IMG/VR virus record: IMGVR_UViG_3300009509_000004
Span: 1-64,000 of that record
Direction: 5' to 3' (one strand)
Length of the DNA: 64,000 nucleotides
DNA from: a virus
Made by a program: the position numbers and the translations under genes. This document shows, piece after piece, positions 9,256 through 17,673 of the stretch. The stretch's first letter is position 1. Each line of letters begins with the position of its first letter. The notes beneath the pieces were generated by a model. The model worked only from the letters and a program-made list of their open reading frames with translations. It did not search any database and was not told the origin of the DNA.

Positions 9256-10163
9256 GATGGCCTCCCAACCGCCTTGACGATTGATGGCCAATCTTCAACA
9301 CGTGTAATCAGCTTGTTGTCCTCGATGCCCTTGTTGTAATCCCAAGCCAATAGGAGCACAGGCACGCCAATGGCAGCGACCTCCTTTGCGTGCTTCTCTC
9401 GATCCTCGATGAAGTATGCTGGCCTGGCAGGGAAAATGAATTCATAGATGGCCTCAGCCTTGTCCTTGTTGAACAAGATCAAGTCATAGGTCATCCCGTG
9501 TTTCTGGAGCCATTCAACCGTGTCTCCATACACCCGCTTGTACTGCCAATATGGCCGTGCGCTGATGAGCACAATCTTCCATCCCGCCTCGCTGATTGCC
9601 TTCAGCCCTTCAGCCGCCCCCTCGATGGGTGGAAGATCCAAAAAGCCACCATCCCTGTAGAAGTCCTCTTTCAGCGACTCAAGCAGCTGCACCGTCCTGT
9701 CGTTCATCGGTGCGCCGCCACGCGCCTCATTGAGCTTGCTTTGCCACCCGCTGAGATCTGCGATGATGTTGTCCACATCGACGATGATCAGCTTTGTGTC
9801 TCGCTCAAGCTCAAGCCTCTCGCCCTTTGCCCTGTCGTCAACGACCTTGGACTTGCGCAAAAATGCCTCGTACAGCTCTGTGGCGGTCACGCCATACAGC
9901 TGTGCGATGCTGATGAGATATTTGAGCACGTCAGCCGCCCCGTCTGCCACGTTGACCTTCTCAACGGGTGGGCACCTCAAAATGTGTGCCTTGTATCTGG
10001 CCACGACCTGCGACAGCTCGCCTGCCTCTTCATACAAGCCCAAAGCAAGATCCTTTGCTGTCTGAGCCTTGGTGATTGCGTTCATCCCCTTGGGGTCCAT
10101 ATTGAACGCAACCTGTTGGTCGTGTTGTTTCTGCCACATCTCATTCCATTGGTCTGTCGTCAT
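9252..10163 (-). CDS. MazG-like NTP pyrophosphatase fused to a HAD 5'(3')-deoxyribonucleotidase
   Basis: N-terminal LYEEAGEL...DGAADVLKY; C-terminal IIVDVDNIIAD, LISAR, DK, FIEDR (HAD motifs I-IV). Confidence 0.8.
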   Translation of the reverse strand: MTTDQWNEMWQKQHDQQVAFNMDPKGMNAITKAQTAKDLALGLYEEAGELSQVVARYKAHILRCPPVEKVNVADGAADVLKYLISIAQLYGVTATELYEAFLRKSKVVDDRAKGERLELERDTKLIIVDVDNIIADLSGWQSKLNEARGGAPMNDRTVQLLESLKEDFYRDGGFLDLPPIEGAAEGLKAISEAGWKIVLISARPYWQYKRVYGDTVEWLQKHGMTYDLILFNKDKAEAIYEFIFPARPAYFIEDREKHAKEVAAIGVPVLLLAWDYNKGIEDNKLITRVEDWPSIVKAVGRPS

Positions 10164-11119
10164 ATGAACCACCTCTGAGCCAGGTCTGCTGCTTCTTCAA
10201 GTGTGACATCCGTTGTCGCTCTTGGATCCCATTTTGCAAACCTCCCAAGCAACTCAACGTTCTCTGGGAGTTTTGGTTGAGAATCCAAGGGCAACAGGTG
10301 CCCCTTCAATCCTTCACGTATGCTCTCTATGTACCAACCATCCCTGAAGATGAAATTGAGGTCAGAATACAGCGCCTGCTTGTTCAAATCTCCGTTCACC
10401 TCGACAGCGTATCCACCGCCCTCTGGCGATATTCTGTGGATGCAATCCTCTGGTGTGTATGGCGTGTAGACATAATCCCACTTGGCGTATTTGTCACGCT
10501 TTGGGTTGATCAAGGCCACATTCAATTTCATGGCCATCCCATCGGGCACATAGAACTTGACCACGCGCTGAATCACCCACAAAGGGACAGTCAGCACCAA
10601 GTAGTCATATGGCATCGTGGTGCCGCCCGCAAGGACAACATGGTCATCCTCGACACGCTCCAGCCCAGCCCTGATTATGTTTGCGTGCGCCGCCAGCTTG
10701 TTGATCATGTCTGGAAAATGGCACCTCAGCGCCCGTCTTGGCTTGATGCTCGCTGGGTCGTTCATTGCCTGGTTGCTGTGTTTGCCTGGTTCCATCCGCC
10801 TCGTTTTGCGGTAGTGATCGGCCTGGATGCGTGTTGCATCATCCTTGTTGAACTCCTGGAAGCACTTTGGGTATGGCAGCACCTCGCCTCTGAGCAAAAT
10901 GCCGCCTTGGACAGTGTAGTGGCTGTACATCACGCCGATCTTCCTGAACAACCATTCCATCATATCTGTGCTGTGGATGTACTTCAGTCCTCCAGCCAAG
11001 AATTCACCGCCGATGGTCCTGGGCTCCAGCACCTTTGTTTCAACGTTCTTGTGCTTGCTGAACACATATGCGCAGATCAACCCTGACACACCGCCGCCTG
11101 CGATGATCGCTTGTTTCAT
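10160..11119 (-). CDS. FAD-dependent oxidoreductase (UDP-galactopyranose mutase/amine oxidase-like fold)
   Basis: IIAGGGVSGLICA Rossmann motif, IGG, YDYLVLTVP, LLGRFAKW. ATG at 11119 follows GGAG. Confidence 0.85.
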   Translation of the reverse strand: MKQAIIAGGGVSGLICAYVFSKHKNVETKVLEPRTIGGEFLAGGLKYIHSTDMMEWLFRKIGVMYSHYTVQGGILLRGEVLPYPKCFQEFNKDDATRIQADHYRKTRRMEPGKHSNQAMNDPASIKPRRALRCHFPDMINKLAAHANIIRAGLERVEDDHVVLAGGTTMPYDYLVLTVPLWVIQRVVKFYVPDGMAMKLNVALINPKRDKYAKWDYVYTPYTPEDCIHRISPEGGGYAVEVNGDLNKQALYSDLNFIFRDGWYIESIREGLKGHLLPLDSQPKLPENVELLGRFAKWDPRATTDVTLEEAADLAQRWFI

Positions 11120-11136
11120 GCTATCTCCGATGTGGG

Positions 11137-11205
11137 AAAAAGTGGCGGCACCCCAGGAGAACGGACAGCCCGCTGACGCAGACAATCACGAATTGGGGTG
11201 CCGCC
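11137..11205 (-). terminator. Hairpin with 12-bp perfect stem, 38-nt loop and U-tract; candidate terminator/antisense RNA
   Basis: ggcggcacccca (11144-11155) / tggggtgccgcc (11194-11205), followed on the - strand by acttttt. Confidence 0.65.
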
Positions 11206-11242
11206 TGCCTCCGACAGCCTTGAACGACGGTTGGCAAGACCA

Positions 11243-12103
11243 TCAGCATGCCGGTGGCAAATCAATCTTACCTCGTTTCACTAGGTGCGCGATAGTCTGA
11301 GCAGCCAACGCAACCCCTTCTTTGTCCAGATTCATCATAACAGACCTGAACTTGCCGTCATCAATCGGTTGCGGCTTGATCTTGTCCATCGTCACCTTTC
11401 CAACTCCTATGTAGCTTGTGTGCTCCACAGGGATCTCGATGTCAAATGTCATTGAGCGCGTCTTGAACTTGATGACAGCCACAGGTGCATCCCTGCCTTT
11501 CGTCATCTTGCAGTACACACTCACATAGTTGCTGGTCCTCATCCTGTCAACGATGTAGAACCTGCCTGGCTTGACCGCCTCGCCTGGGGATGTGAACCTG
11601 TACACCTCCAGGTTCTCAACCATAACCGTCTTGAAGTGGTCAAACATCCTCTTCAGAATCTCTCTGCGCTCGATGGCCCGCTGTGTGATTGCCTTCCTGG
11701 CAAGCTCCTGGGCCTCCTTGCTGGGCCTGAGTGCCTTGCGGCCATCGTTCTCAGGTGCCTTCTTGGGCTTCTTGGGCCGTGTCGGATCTCTCGTGATCCT
11801 TCCTTCAACAACGCCATAGCGCTTGACTTGTTTCGCGCACAACCTCTCAAAGTGTCTCACACCCTTGATTGGGATACCCAACACGCCCTCTGGATGCGTT
11901 GGGTGCGGCTGCGCCTCGATAAAGTCATCAGCCTTCAGCTTGGTCTCTGCCAGGTATGCTTGGAATGCAACGCAATTGTCCCTGTACTTGCAGTGGTTGC
12001 GTTGAAACTCTGTATCAGCCTCTGGGTTGCCGTCACACGCCCCGTCGCCTGCCTCATATTCACCTGTGCAAAATGGCACATCGCGTTTTGGTTCTTCAGC
12101 CAT
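11243..12103 (-). CDS. Hypothetical protein with an N-terminal Cys cluster
   Basis: C..C..CxxxxxC N-terminus; overlaps the end of the sigma factor gene. Confidence 0.7.
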   Translation of the reverse strand: MAEEPKRDVPFCTGEYEAGDGACDGNPEADTEFQRNHCKYRDNCVAFQAYLAETKLKADDFIEAQPHPTHPEGVLGIPIKGVRHFERLCAKQVKRYGVVEGRITRDPTRPKKPKKAPENDGRKALRPSKEAQELARKAITQRAIERREILKRMFDHFKTVMVENLEVYRFTSPGEAVKPGRFYIVDRMRTSNYVSVYCKMTKGRDAPVAVIKFKTRSMTFDIEIPVEHTSYIGVGKVTMDKIKPQPIDDGKFRSVMMNLDKEGVALAAQTIAHLVKRGKIDLPPAC

Positions 12104-13238
12104 GCTTCAGCTCCTTCACCAACGTCTTGTACCAGCTGACTGGCACATCCTCGCGCATGCCATCCTCGCCAAAGACCTCTCCTGTCAGCGGGTTGAAACG
12201 TCCTTCAATAACCATTGTGACATATTCTTTGCCTCGCTTGAGGGTCACCTCTGACCCCCACGCATAGCGTTTGATCATCCTCACCCACTTGGGTTTTCCA
12301 TCTTGCCCGACCTCTCCAGCTGTCTGGAAGTGGTCTTGCTCTTGCATGTATCCGGCCAATGGGACGCTGTCCAAGCATCGCTTTTTGATGATTCTTTTCG
12401 CCCACTCGATGTCATGGTGCTCCCCACGTGTCATGTGTATCATTGGCCATCCCCTACCTATTACAACATCACCAAACAGATCGCTGAAATCATCGTCATA
12501 TTTGGCAATCTCTGTGAACAACTTTTTGACCTTGTGCATGGCCCAGTCCACAGCGTTCTTGTCGATTTTGATGTACTTGGCGATCTGCCTATTGGTCACC
12601 TGGAATCCTGGTTCAAGCGCCAACTCGCCCCCTTCATCCCTGTAGACAAACTCAACACCCTCTGTGTAGAGCATGTCCAACATTTCTGCCGGTGGATGCA
12701 CCTTGCACCTGAACACAAGCCGCTCCGTGCCTGTGAGCTTGTTGTACATCTTCATCGTGAACTTTCCGACATCAGACCTGAGCTGATGGTGCGTGATCTC
12801 CTGCTCAGGGCTGACCCACTTTTCGTCTGGTGGCTCGTATGGGCACACCTCGTCATCCGTTGGAGCAAGCATGGCGTCCAATGAAATGGGGAAGCGTGGC
12901 CGCTTCACCCAATTGCCATTCTCATCCTTGGCCATGACGTGTGGAACCTTGGATTGCGTCAGCGACTCGTACACCATGCAATGGTACGTGTTGATCAGGA
13001 CGCGCCCAACGTAGCTCTCCAGCTTCCCTTTGTTCTTGTTGAAATCAAACTTGGCCAGCGCTGACAAAAGCGCCAACCGCCCTTCCTGGATGGCATCGTC
13101 AAGCTCGATGCCTGGAAGCATGTGGGCGATCCTGCGTGAGCGCTGCTTGATGTATGGAAACACCCTGCGCTCGATCTCAGGGTACACCTCGTTGATGATG
13201 CCGTCGCACTTGAATCCAGCTGGGAATGAAACTGTCAT
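12096..13238 (-). CDS. Phage RNA polymerase sigma factor (sigma70 family) with a C-terminal extension
   Basis: Region 2 'DDAIQEGRLALLSALAKFD...LESYV'; region 4 HTH 'TNRQIAKYIKIDKNAVDWAMHKVKK'. Confidence 0.8.
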   Translation of the reverse strand: MTVSFPAGFKCDGIINEVYPEIERRVFPYIKQRSRRIAHMLPGIELDDAIQEGRLALLSALAKFDFNKNKGKLESYVGRVLINTYHCMVYESLTQSKVPHVMAKDENGNWVKRPRFPISLDAMLAPTDDEVCPYEPPDEKWVSPEQEITHHQLRSDVGKFTMKMYNKLTGTERLVFRCKVHPPAEMLDMLYTEGVEFVYRDEGGELALEPGFQVTNRQIAKYIKIDKNAVDWAMHKVKKLFTEIAKYDDDFSDLFGDVVIGRGWPMIHMTRGEHHDIEWAKRIIKKRCLDSVPLAGYMQEQDHFQTAGEVGQDGKPKWVRMIKRYAWGSEVTLKRGKEYVTMVIEGRFNPLTGEVFGEDGMREDVPVSWYKTLVKELKHG

Positions 13239-15265
13239 GCCGCCCTCCTTTTGGCGTCCAGGAGTTTGGCACGCATCAGCTTGTACACCTCAACTGCTAG
13301 CTTGGTCATGTCGTTGATGACCGCGCCACTCGCTCCGTGTTCTTTGTTGTAGAAGTCCTTGATGTGGTCGGTCATCGCCCCGATGCCCACGACCTCGATG
13401 CCCGCCTTGGTGATCTCGGTGATGACTTCCTCAAGGTGCTTGCAGAGCACCCCGCGATCAACCCCGCCGCCTGCCGGCATCCCATCGGACAATATGAACA
13501 TGATCTTGCGCGCCTCTGGCCTCTTTGCGAGCCTGAGTGCGCAAGCCATGATGGCCTCGCCGTCTGTGTTGTTGCCATCGCCCGTGATGGCGTTCATGCG
13601 GGTGCGCACCCGCTTGTACTTCTCTCCAAAATCCTTGAAGATGACATATTCAATCGGCTCACCACGCTGCGTCCCTGGCATGATGCTGACCGATGCGTTC
13701 CAATCGTTGTGGAATCCGATGACCTCAAAGGGCACGTTCAACGCGTCAAAAGTCTCGCTGAGTGCAATGGCCATGAGCTTGGCGTAATATGCCTTGTACT
13801 TTGGGTCATACCCTGGACCCATCGAGCCACTGAGATCGATGACGACGCTGATGGCCGTGTCCAGTGTCTCGCCTTCCTTCTCAACCTGAAACACGTTGAC
13901 GTTGCCGGTGGGAACCTGGGCCAGACGCGCCTTGTCGAGTTTGCCCTTGCGGTGGCCGCTTTCCATGCGGGATGCCGCCTTGGCTCTGATGACGTTGAGC
14001 AGCTTGCCTTTGAGACCTCTGATCTGCCCAGCGACAACTTCCTTGGCCTTGTTGTATTCTGCTTGGGCGTGTTCTGGGTTGCGGATGTGCGGCTTGACCC
14101 AGCGATCTCGCTTCAGGACGTTGGGGTTGGGGATGTAGCGCCGATGCGATCTGGCCTCGCCCTTGGCGATGTCCAGAACCTGATCCTTGACTTGCTTGAT
14201 CAGATCGTCTGTCTCTGCGTCCGTGCTTGCCTCGTCACCAGCCTGACACGCCTGGTCAAGCTCTTCATCGGTCAGCTCGCTTGAATCCTCGCCTTTGGGT
14301 GCGCCCGTTTTGGGTGCCTCGCTGCCGTCGCTGCCTGCCTCGCTGTCTCCCTCGTCATCCCCATCCTCGCCCTTGCTGGTGGACTGTTCCGTGCCTTCCT
14401 GCTCATCCTCGTCACTCTCGCCACTCTGGCCACCCTCGCCCTCTTGATCCTCTCCCTCGCTGTCGCTGCCGCTGTCACTCTGCTCCTGCTCGCCCTCGCT
14501 GCTGTCGCCCTCTTGCTCCTGGGCATCGCCCTCTTGCTTGTCTTGGCCGTCTTGCTTCTCTTGCTCTTGCTTCTGCTTTTCTTCTTGGCGCTGCTGGCGC
14601 TCTTGCTCCAGATCGTCAACCTTGTCGTTGATCTTGTCGATGACGCGCAACGCCAACTCGTGGCTGTCTTTGGCCCAGCTAGTCTTGGTGCTTTCCTCGA
14701 CCTCTGCTTGAACCGCGTCCAAGTATGGCTGGAACTTCTTGGGGAGCCACTCAACGCTGTAGCCTCTCGCCTTCATGATGATGGCGCTGCCGAGTGTGTG
14801 CCAGAAATTGACCCGCTTGCCTTTGCTGGTCTCGCCGTCAATCCCGTGGCGCTTCTTGAAGAGATCAACGCTGTTGACGTTTGCCTCGTGAAGATTCTCT
14901 GACACGCCCTTGTATTTGGCGCTGTACTTGTGCTCGATCCTGATGTCTTCAAAAACGTTGAGCAGCATGCGCTCTTTGGTGCTCTTGCAGTCGCGCATGA
15001 TTTTGAGCGGGGTGCGCTGGCCTGCCTCGGTGTGCTCCCTTTCCTCTGCGACGTGTGCGACCTCGTGATCGAGCAATCCGTGGAGAACTTTCTGGTTGGC
15101 CCCGTCAAGATAATCTGCGTTGAATGGATACTTGATGACCTCGCCGTCTGTGCTGCAGTCGTATCCCGATGGAACAACCTGAACGTTCCAGTTTCTCGAC
15201 ATAGCGCGTGCGATCTTCTGGAATGGTCCAAGGAGTGAATTGATTGCTTGCGTGGCTTTTTTCAT
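13235..15265 (-). CDS. cobT: CobT-like vWA protein (N-terminal HExxH domain, acidic linker, vWA domain)
   Basis: HEVAH...NVFEDIRIE; Q/E/D/S-rich linker; MIDAS DLSGS, NTDGEA, LSDGMP. Confidence 0.85.
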   Translation of the reverse strand: MKKATQAINSLLGPFQKIARAMSRNWNVQVVPSGYDCSTDGEVIKYPFNADYLDGANQKVLHGLLDHEVAHVAEEREHTEAGQRTPLKIMRDCKSTKERMLLNVFEDIRIEHKYSAKYKGVSENLHEANVNSVDLFKKRHGIDGETSKGKRVNFWHTLGSAIIMKARGYSVEWLPKKFQPYLDAVQAEVEESTKTSWAKDSHELALRVIDKINDKVDDLEQERQQRQEEKQKQEQEKQDGQDKQEGDAQEQEGDSSEGEQEQSDSGSDSEGEDQEGEGGQSGESDEDEQEGTEQSTSKGEDGDDEGDSEAGSDGSEAPKTGAPKGEDSSELTDEELDQACQAGDEASTDAETDDLIKQVKDQVLDIAKGEARSHRRYIPNPNVLKRDRWVKPHIRNPEHAQAEYNKAKEVVAGQIRGLKGKLLNVIRAKAASRMESGHRKGKLDKARLAQVPTGNVNVFQVEKEGETLDTAISVVIDLSGSMGPGYDPKYKAYYAKLMAIALSETFDALNVPFEVIGFHNDWNASVSIMPGTQRGEPIEYVIFKDFGEKYKRVRTRMNAITGDGNNTDGEAIMACALRLAKRPEARKIMFILSDGMPAGGGVDRGVLCKHLEEVITEITKAGIEVVGIGAMTDHIKDFYNKEHGASGAVINDMTKLAVEVYKLMRAKLLDAKRRAA

Positions 15266-15295
15266 GTGTCCGTTCTCCGTTTTTGCCTGATTCTA

Positions 15296-15356
15296 AGTCT
15301 AATGCCTCCTGGTCTTGAAGTCAAGGAAAAAGTTGCCTTGGAGGCAACTTTTTTTG
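15296..15356 (-). promoter_or_regulatory. Terminator-like inverted repeat plus sigma70 promoter for cobT
   Basis: - strand TTGACT (15324-15319), 17-bp spacer, TAGACT (15301-15296); inverted repeat aaaaagttgcct-tgg-aggcaacttttt immediately upstream. Confidence 0.8.
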
Positions 15357-15359
15357 GCT

Positions 15360-16550
15360 TCACACCTCCCCACCAAAATACCGCTGGATGATGCCGTCAA
15401 CAAACTTGGCATCGTCAGCGCCCAACTTGTTGATGACTGCTACGTTTGCGCCCTTGCGCACGTCGTTGTAGCGCTTGGCTTTCCTGGCCCAAGACAGAAG
15501 CCTGCGAGTGCCAAATGTGCAATAGCACTCTTCACGGTTGAGTGCGTCTCTGACCTTGGCCGCGATCTCGACCATCTTGCGCGCCCAATCGATCTTGACG
15601 CCAGTCTTTTGAACCAGGATCTGCGTCTCTGTCTCCTTGTCTGGGTAGTCAAACTTGATGATGGTACCAAAACGGTCAAGCGTTGCCTCGTTGAGAACGT
15701 TGGCGCCAGCGTACAGCCCCGTGTCGTCACCGCGCCCGTTGGTGTTGTCCGTCCCAAAGATGCGGGTGCGCGGGTGCTTCGCAACGACCTCGCCGCCATT
15801 CTCGATGAGGACAAGATCGTCACCCTCAAGACAACCTTGGAGGCGCATCAGAACGCCTGCCGGTGCCATGGTGATCTCGTCAAGGATGATGAAATATCCA
15901 TCCCGCCATGCGCGGGTGAACGCGCCATCCTTCCAGCGTGTGACCTGCTTGCCGGTTTCCTCGTCAACAACGATCTCCATCTGGCCGATGAAGTCTTCAA
16001 TGCTGATCTTCTGGCTGAACTGGAACCGAATACAAGGTGTGTTGACGATTGCTGCGAGCTGTTTGACGATGGTGGTCTTGCCGCCGCCTGTGGGCCCGAA
16101 AATGAAGATGTTGTCGTTGTCCTCGATGCCGACTGCGATGTGCTCCATGTGCTCCATTTCGCGCTTGCCTGGGAGCCACTTGGCGTCGTGCTTCGGCACC
16201 TCTGCCTTCTGAAGCGCCGTGAGGTCTGCGTCCTTGACGAGTTTGAGCCTGGCTACGCCAACCTTGAAATCCTCTGCCGACTCGGTGACGACCTCTGCCG
16301 CCTTGGGCTCTGGCCCTTTCGATGGCTCGATTGGCTTGGCCTTGACCGCCCGCTTCTGCCCTTTGCTCGCCATCTTGCGCGCCGCCTCGCTGATTGTTGG
16401 TTCGCCAGGATACTTGGCCTGATAATCTGCGAGAGACATCGAGTGCTCGACCTTGAGGTGGACTTCCAAACGATGGAACCAACACTCACAGATCCTGCAC
16501 TGGATTTTCTCTCTGCCCTTCTTGTCGAGTTTGGTGTGCTTGCTTCCCAT
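15360..16550 (-). CDS. cobS: CobS/MoxR-like AAA+ ATPase with an N-terminal Ros/MucR-like zinc finger
   Basis: GPTGGGKT, IILDE, TDNTNGRGD, NEATLDRF; N-terminal CRICECWFHRLEVHLKVEHSMSLADYQAKYP. Confidence 0.88.
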   Translation of the reverse strand: MGSKHTKLDKKGREKIQCRICECWFHRLEVHLKVEHSMSLADYQAKYPGEPTISEAARKMASKGQKRAVKAKPIEPSKGPEPKAAEVVTESAEDFKVGVARLKLVKDADLTALQKAEVPKHDAKWLPGKREMEHMEHIAVGIEDNDNIFIFGPTGGGKTTIVKQLAAIVNTPCIRFQFSQKISIEDFIGQMEIVVDEETGKQVTRWKDGAFTRAWRDGYFIILDEITMAPAGVLMRLQGCLEGDDLVLIENGGEVVAKHPRTRIFGTDNTNGRGDDTGLYAGANVLNEATLDRFGTIIKFDYPDKETETQILVQKTGVKIDWARKMVEIAAKVRDALNREECYCTFGTRRLLSWARKAKRYNDVRKGANVAVINKLGADDAKFVDGIIQRYFGGEV

Positions 16551-16600
16551 GTCCGTTCTCCTTTTTGAGTTGGATTTGCCCTTTCCAACTTTCAACTTAA

Positions 16601-16661
16601 ATTGTAACCGATCTGTTTCCAGAAGTCAAGAAAAAAATTGCCTTGGAGGCAACTTTTTTTG
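16601..16661 (-). promoter_or_regulatory. Terminator-like inverted repeat plus sigma70 promoter for cobS
   Basis: - strand TTGACT (16629-16624), 17-bp spacer, TACAAT (16606-16601); inverted repeat at 16631-16660; 16622-16661 is 38/40 identical to 15317-15356. Confidence 0.85.
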
Positions 16662-16674
16662 TTTCCTATTGAAT

Positions 16675-17673
16675 TCATTGATAGATTTTCTCCAACTTTT
16701 TTCTGCTCGCACCAACGATTGCACTCAATCTGCCACGCCTGTCACCAGTATATTTCACCGCGTTGTCGTATGCCTCCCATGCCTGCTTGCGCGTTGATGC
16801 CCCTGGGTCTGTGCCCATCGGCAACCGCGCAATCGACACGTGGTCAAAGCGACACAACAACTGCTCTGCGACCTTGTATGGCGCTTCTGCCTCTTCAGGG
16901 TCAAGCATGACGGTGATGGCTGCGTCGCTGGGCTTCATGATGAGCATCGCCAGTTGTTCTGGATGCAGCACCTTGCCCATGAGTGCGAGTGCGGGAATGC
17001 CGTGCTGCCACAACTTGATTGCGTCCAATGGCCCCTCGACAATGGCCACATCGCCCTCGATTTTGTGATGCTTCCACCCAAGCAAAAGTCTGGCGTGGTC
17101 GGCACCTTTTGGATTCAGGTATTTGGGCTGCTGTTGGCCTGTCGTGTCGCGTGCCGTGAACGATCTTCCATTGGGGCATTCCACTGGGATGACTATGCGC
17201 CCGCCATATCGCCCTGATCGACACCAACCGACTCCCCATTCACGCGCTGTGGCTTTCTTGATGCGCCTTTCCTTCAGGTACACAGGAAAACTCCAATGGC
17301 CATCCTTGTACACAGGGATGTATTCTGCCGGCAACGGGAAGTCAACCGCATCGTCTGGTGCGTCGCCCTCCCTGAGCGCCAGCACCTTCTCAACCAACGT
17401 CTGCGGTGTCTCCTTGCGTCTGAACTCGACCTCGTTGCGCATGATGTAGCGCTGCGCCTCGCCCCTGCTGATCCCCTCCACTTGGGCAATCAGCCCGATC
17501 ATGAAGCGCCCTGCTTCTTCACACTTGAAACAGATGTAGTGGCCCTTTTCGCCATCCACATAAAAGTGGCCATCTTTGGAACACCAAGGACACACCGCGA
17601 TGATCTGGCCTGTGCTGCCCAAGCGCACTCTGTCCAGATTGTCTCGGCACCAGCCCTCGATGTCAAATTTCAT
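16675..17673 (-). CDS. DNA primase (Zn finger + TOPRIM)
   Basis: CPWC...CFKC, RIVIP, PKYLNP, AIVEGPLDAI, MLDPE. Confidence 0.88.
   Translation of the reverse strand: MKFDIEGWCRDNLDRVRLGSTGQIIAVCPWCSKDGHFYVDGEKGHYICFKCEEAGRFMIGLIAQVEGISRGEAQRYIMRNEVEFRRKETPQTLVEKVLALREGDAPDDAVDFPLPAEYIPVYKDGHWSFPVYLKERRIKKATAREWGVGWCRSGRYGGRIVIPVECPNGRSFTARDTTGQQQPKYLNPKGADHARLLLGWKHHKIEGDVAIVEGPLDAIKLWQHGIPALALMGKVLHPEQLAMLIMKPSDAAITVMLDPEEAEAPYKVAEQLLCRFDHVSIARLPMGTDPGASTRKQAWEAYDNAVKYTGDRRGRLSAIVGASRKKLEKIYQ

Noticed and set aside
11156-11167. + strand GGAGAACGGACA as the RBS of a reverse gene
   Set aside because: No start codon follows at a usable distance, so an antisense role on the - strand fits better.
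14280-14620. Low-complexity repetitive stretch
   Set aside because: It encodes the acidic Q/E/D/S linker of CobT; it is not a DNA repeat array.
13235-16550. CobS/CobT as cobalamin auxiliary metabolic genes
   Set aside because: No cobN or other cob genes are in the window; a generic MoxR/vWA function is more likely.
15315-16568. 417-aa + strand ORF (and similar long + strand ORFs at 49002-50297, 62185-63474, 13337-14284)
   Set aside because: These are antisense shadows of well-supported - strand genes, with no recognisable motifs.
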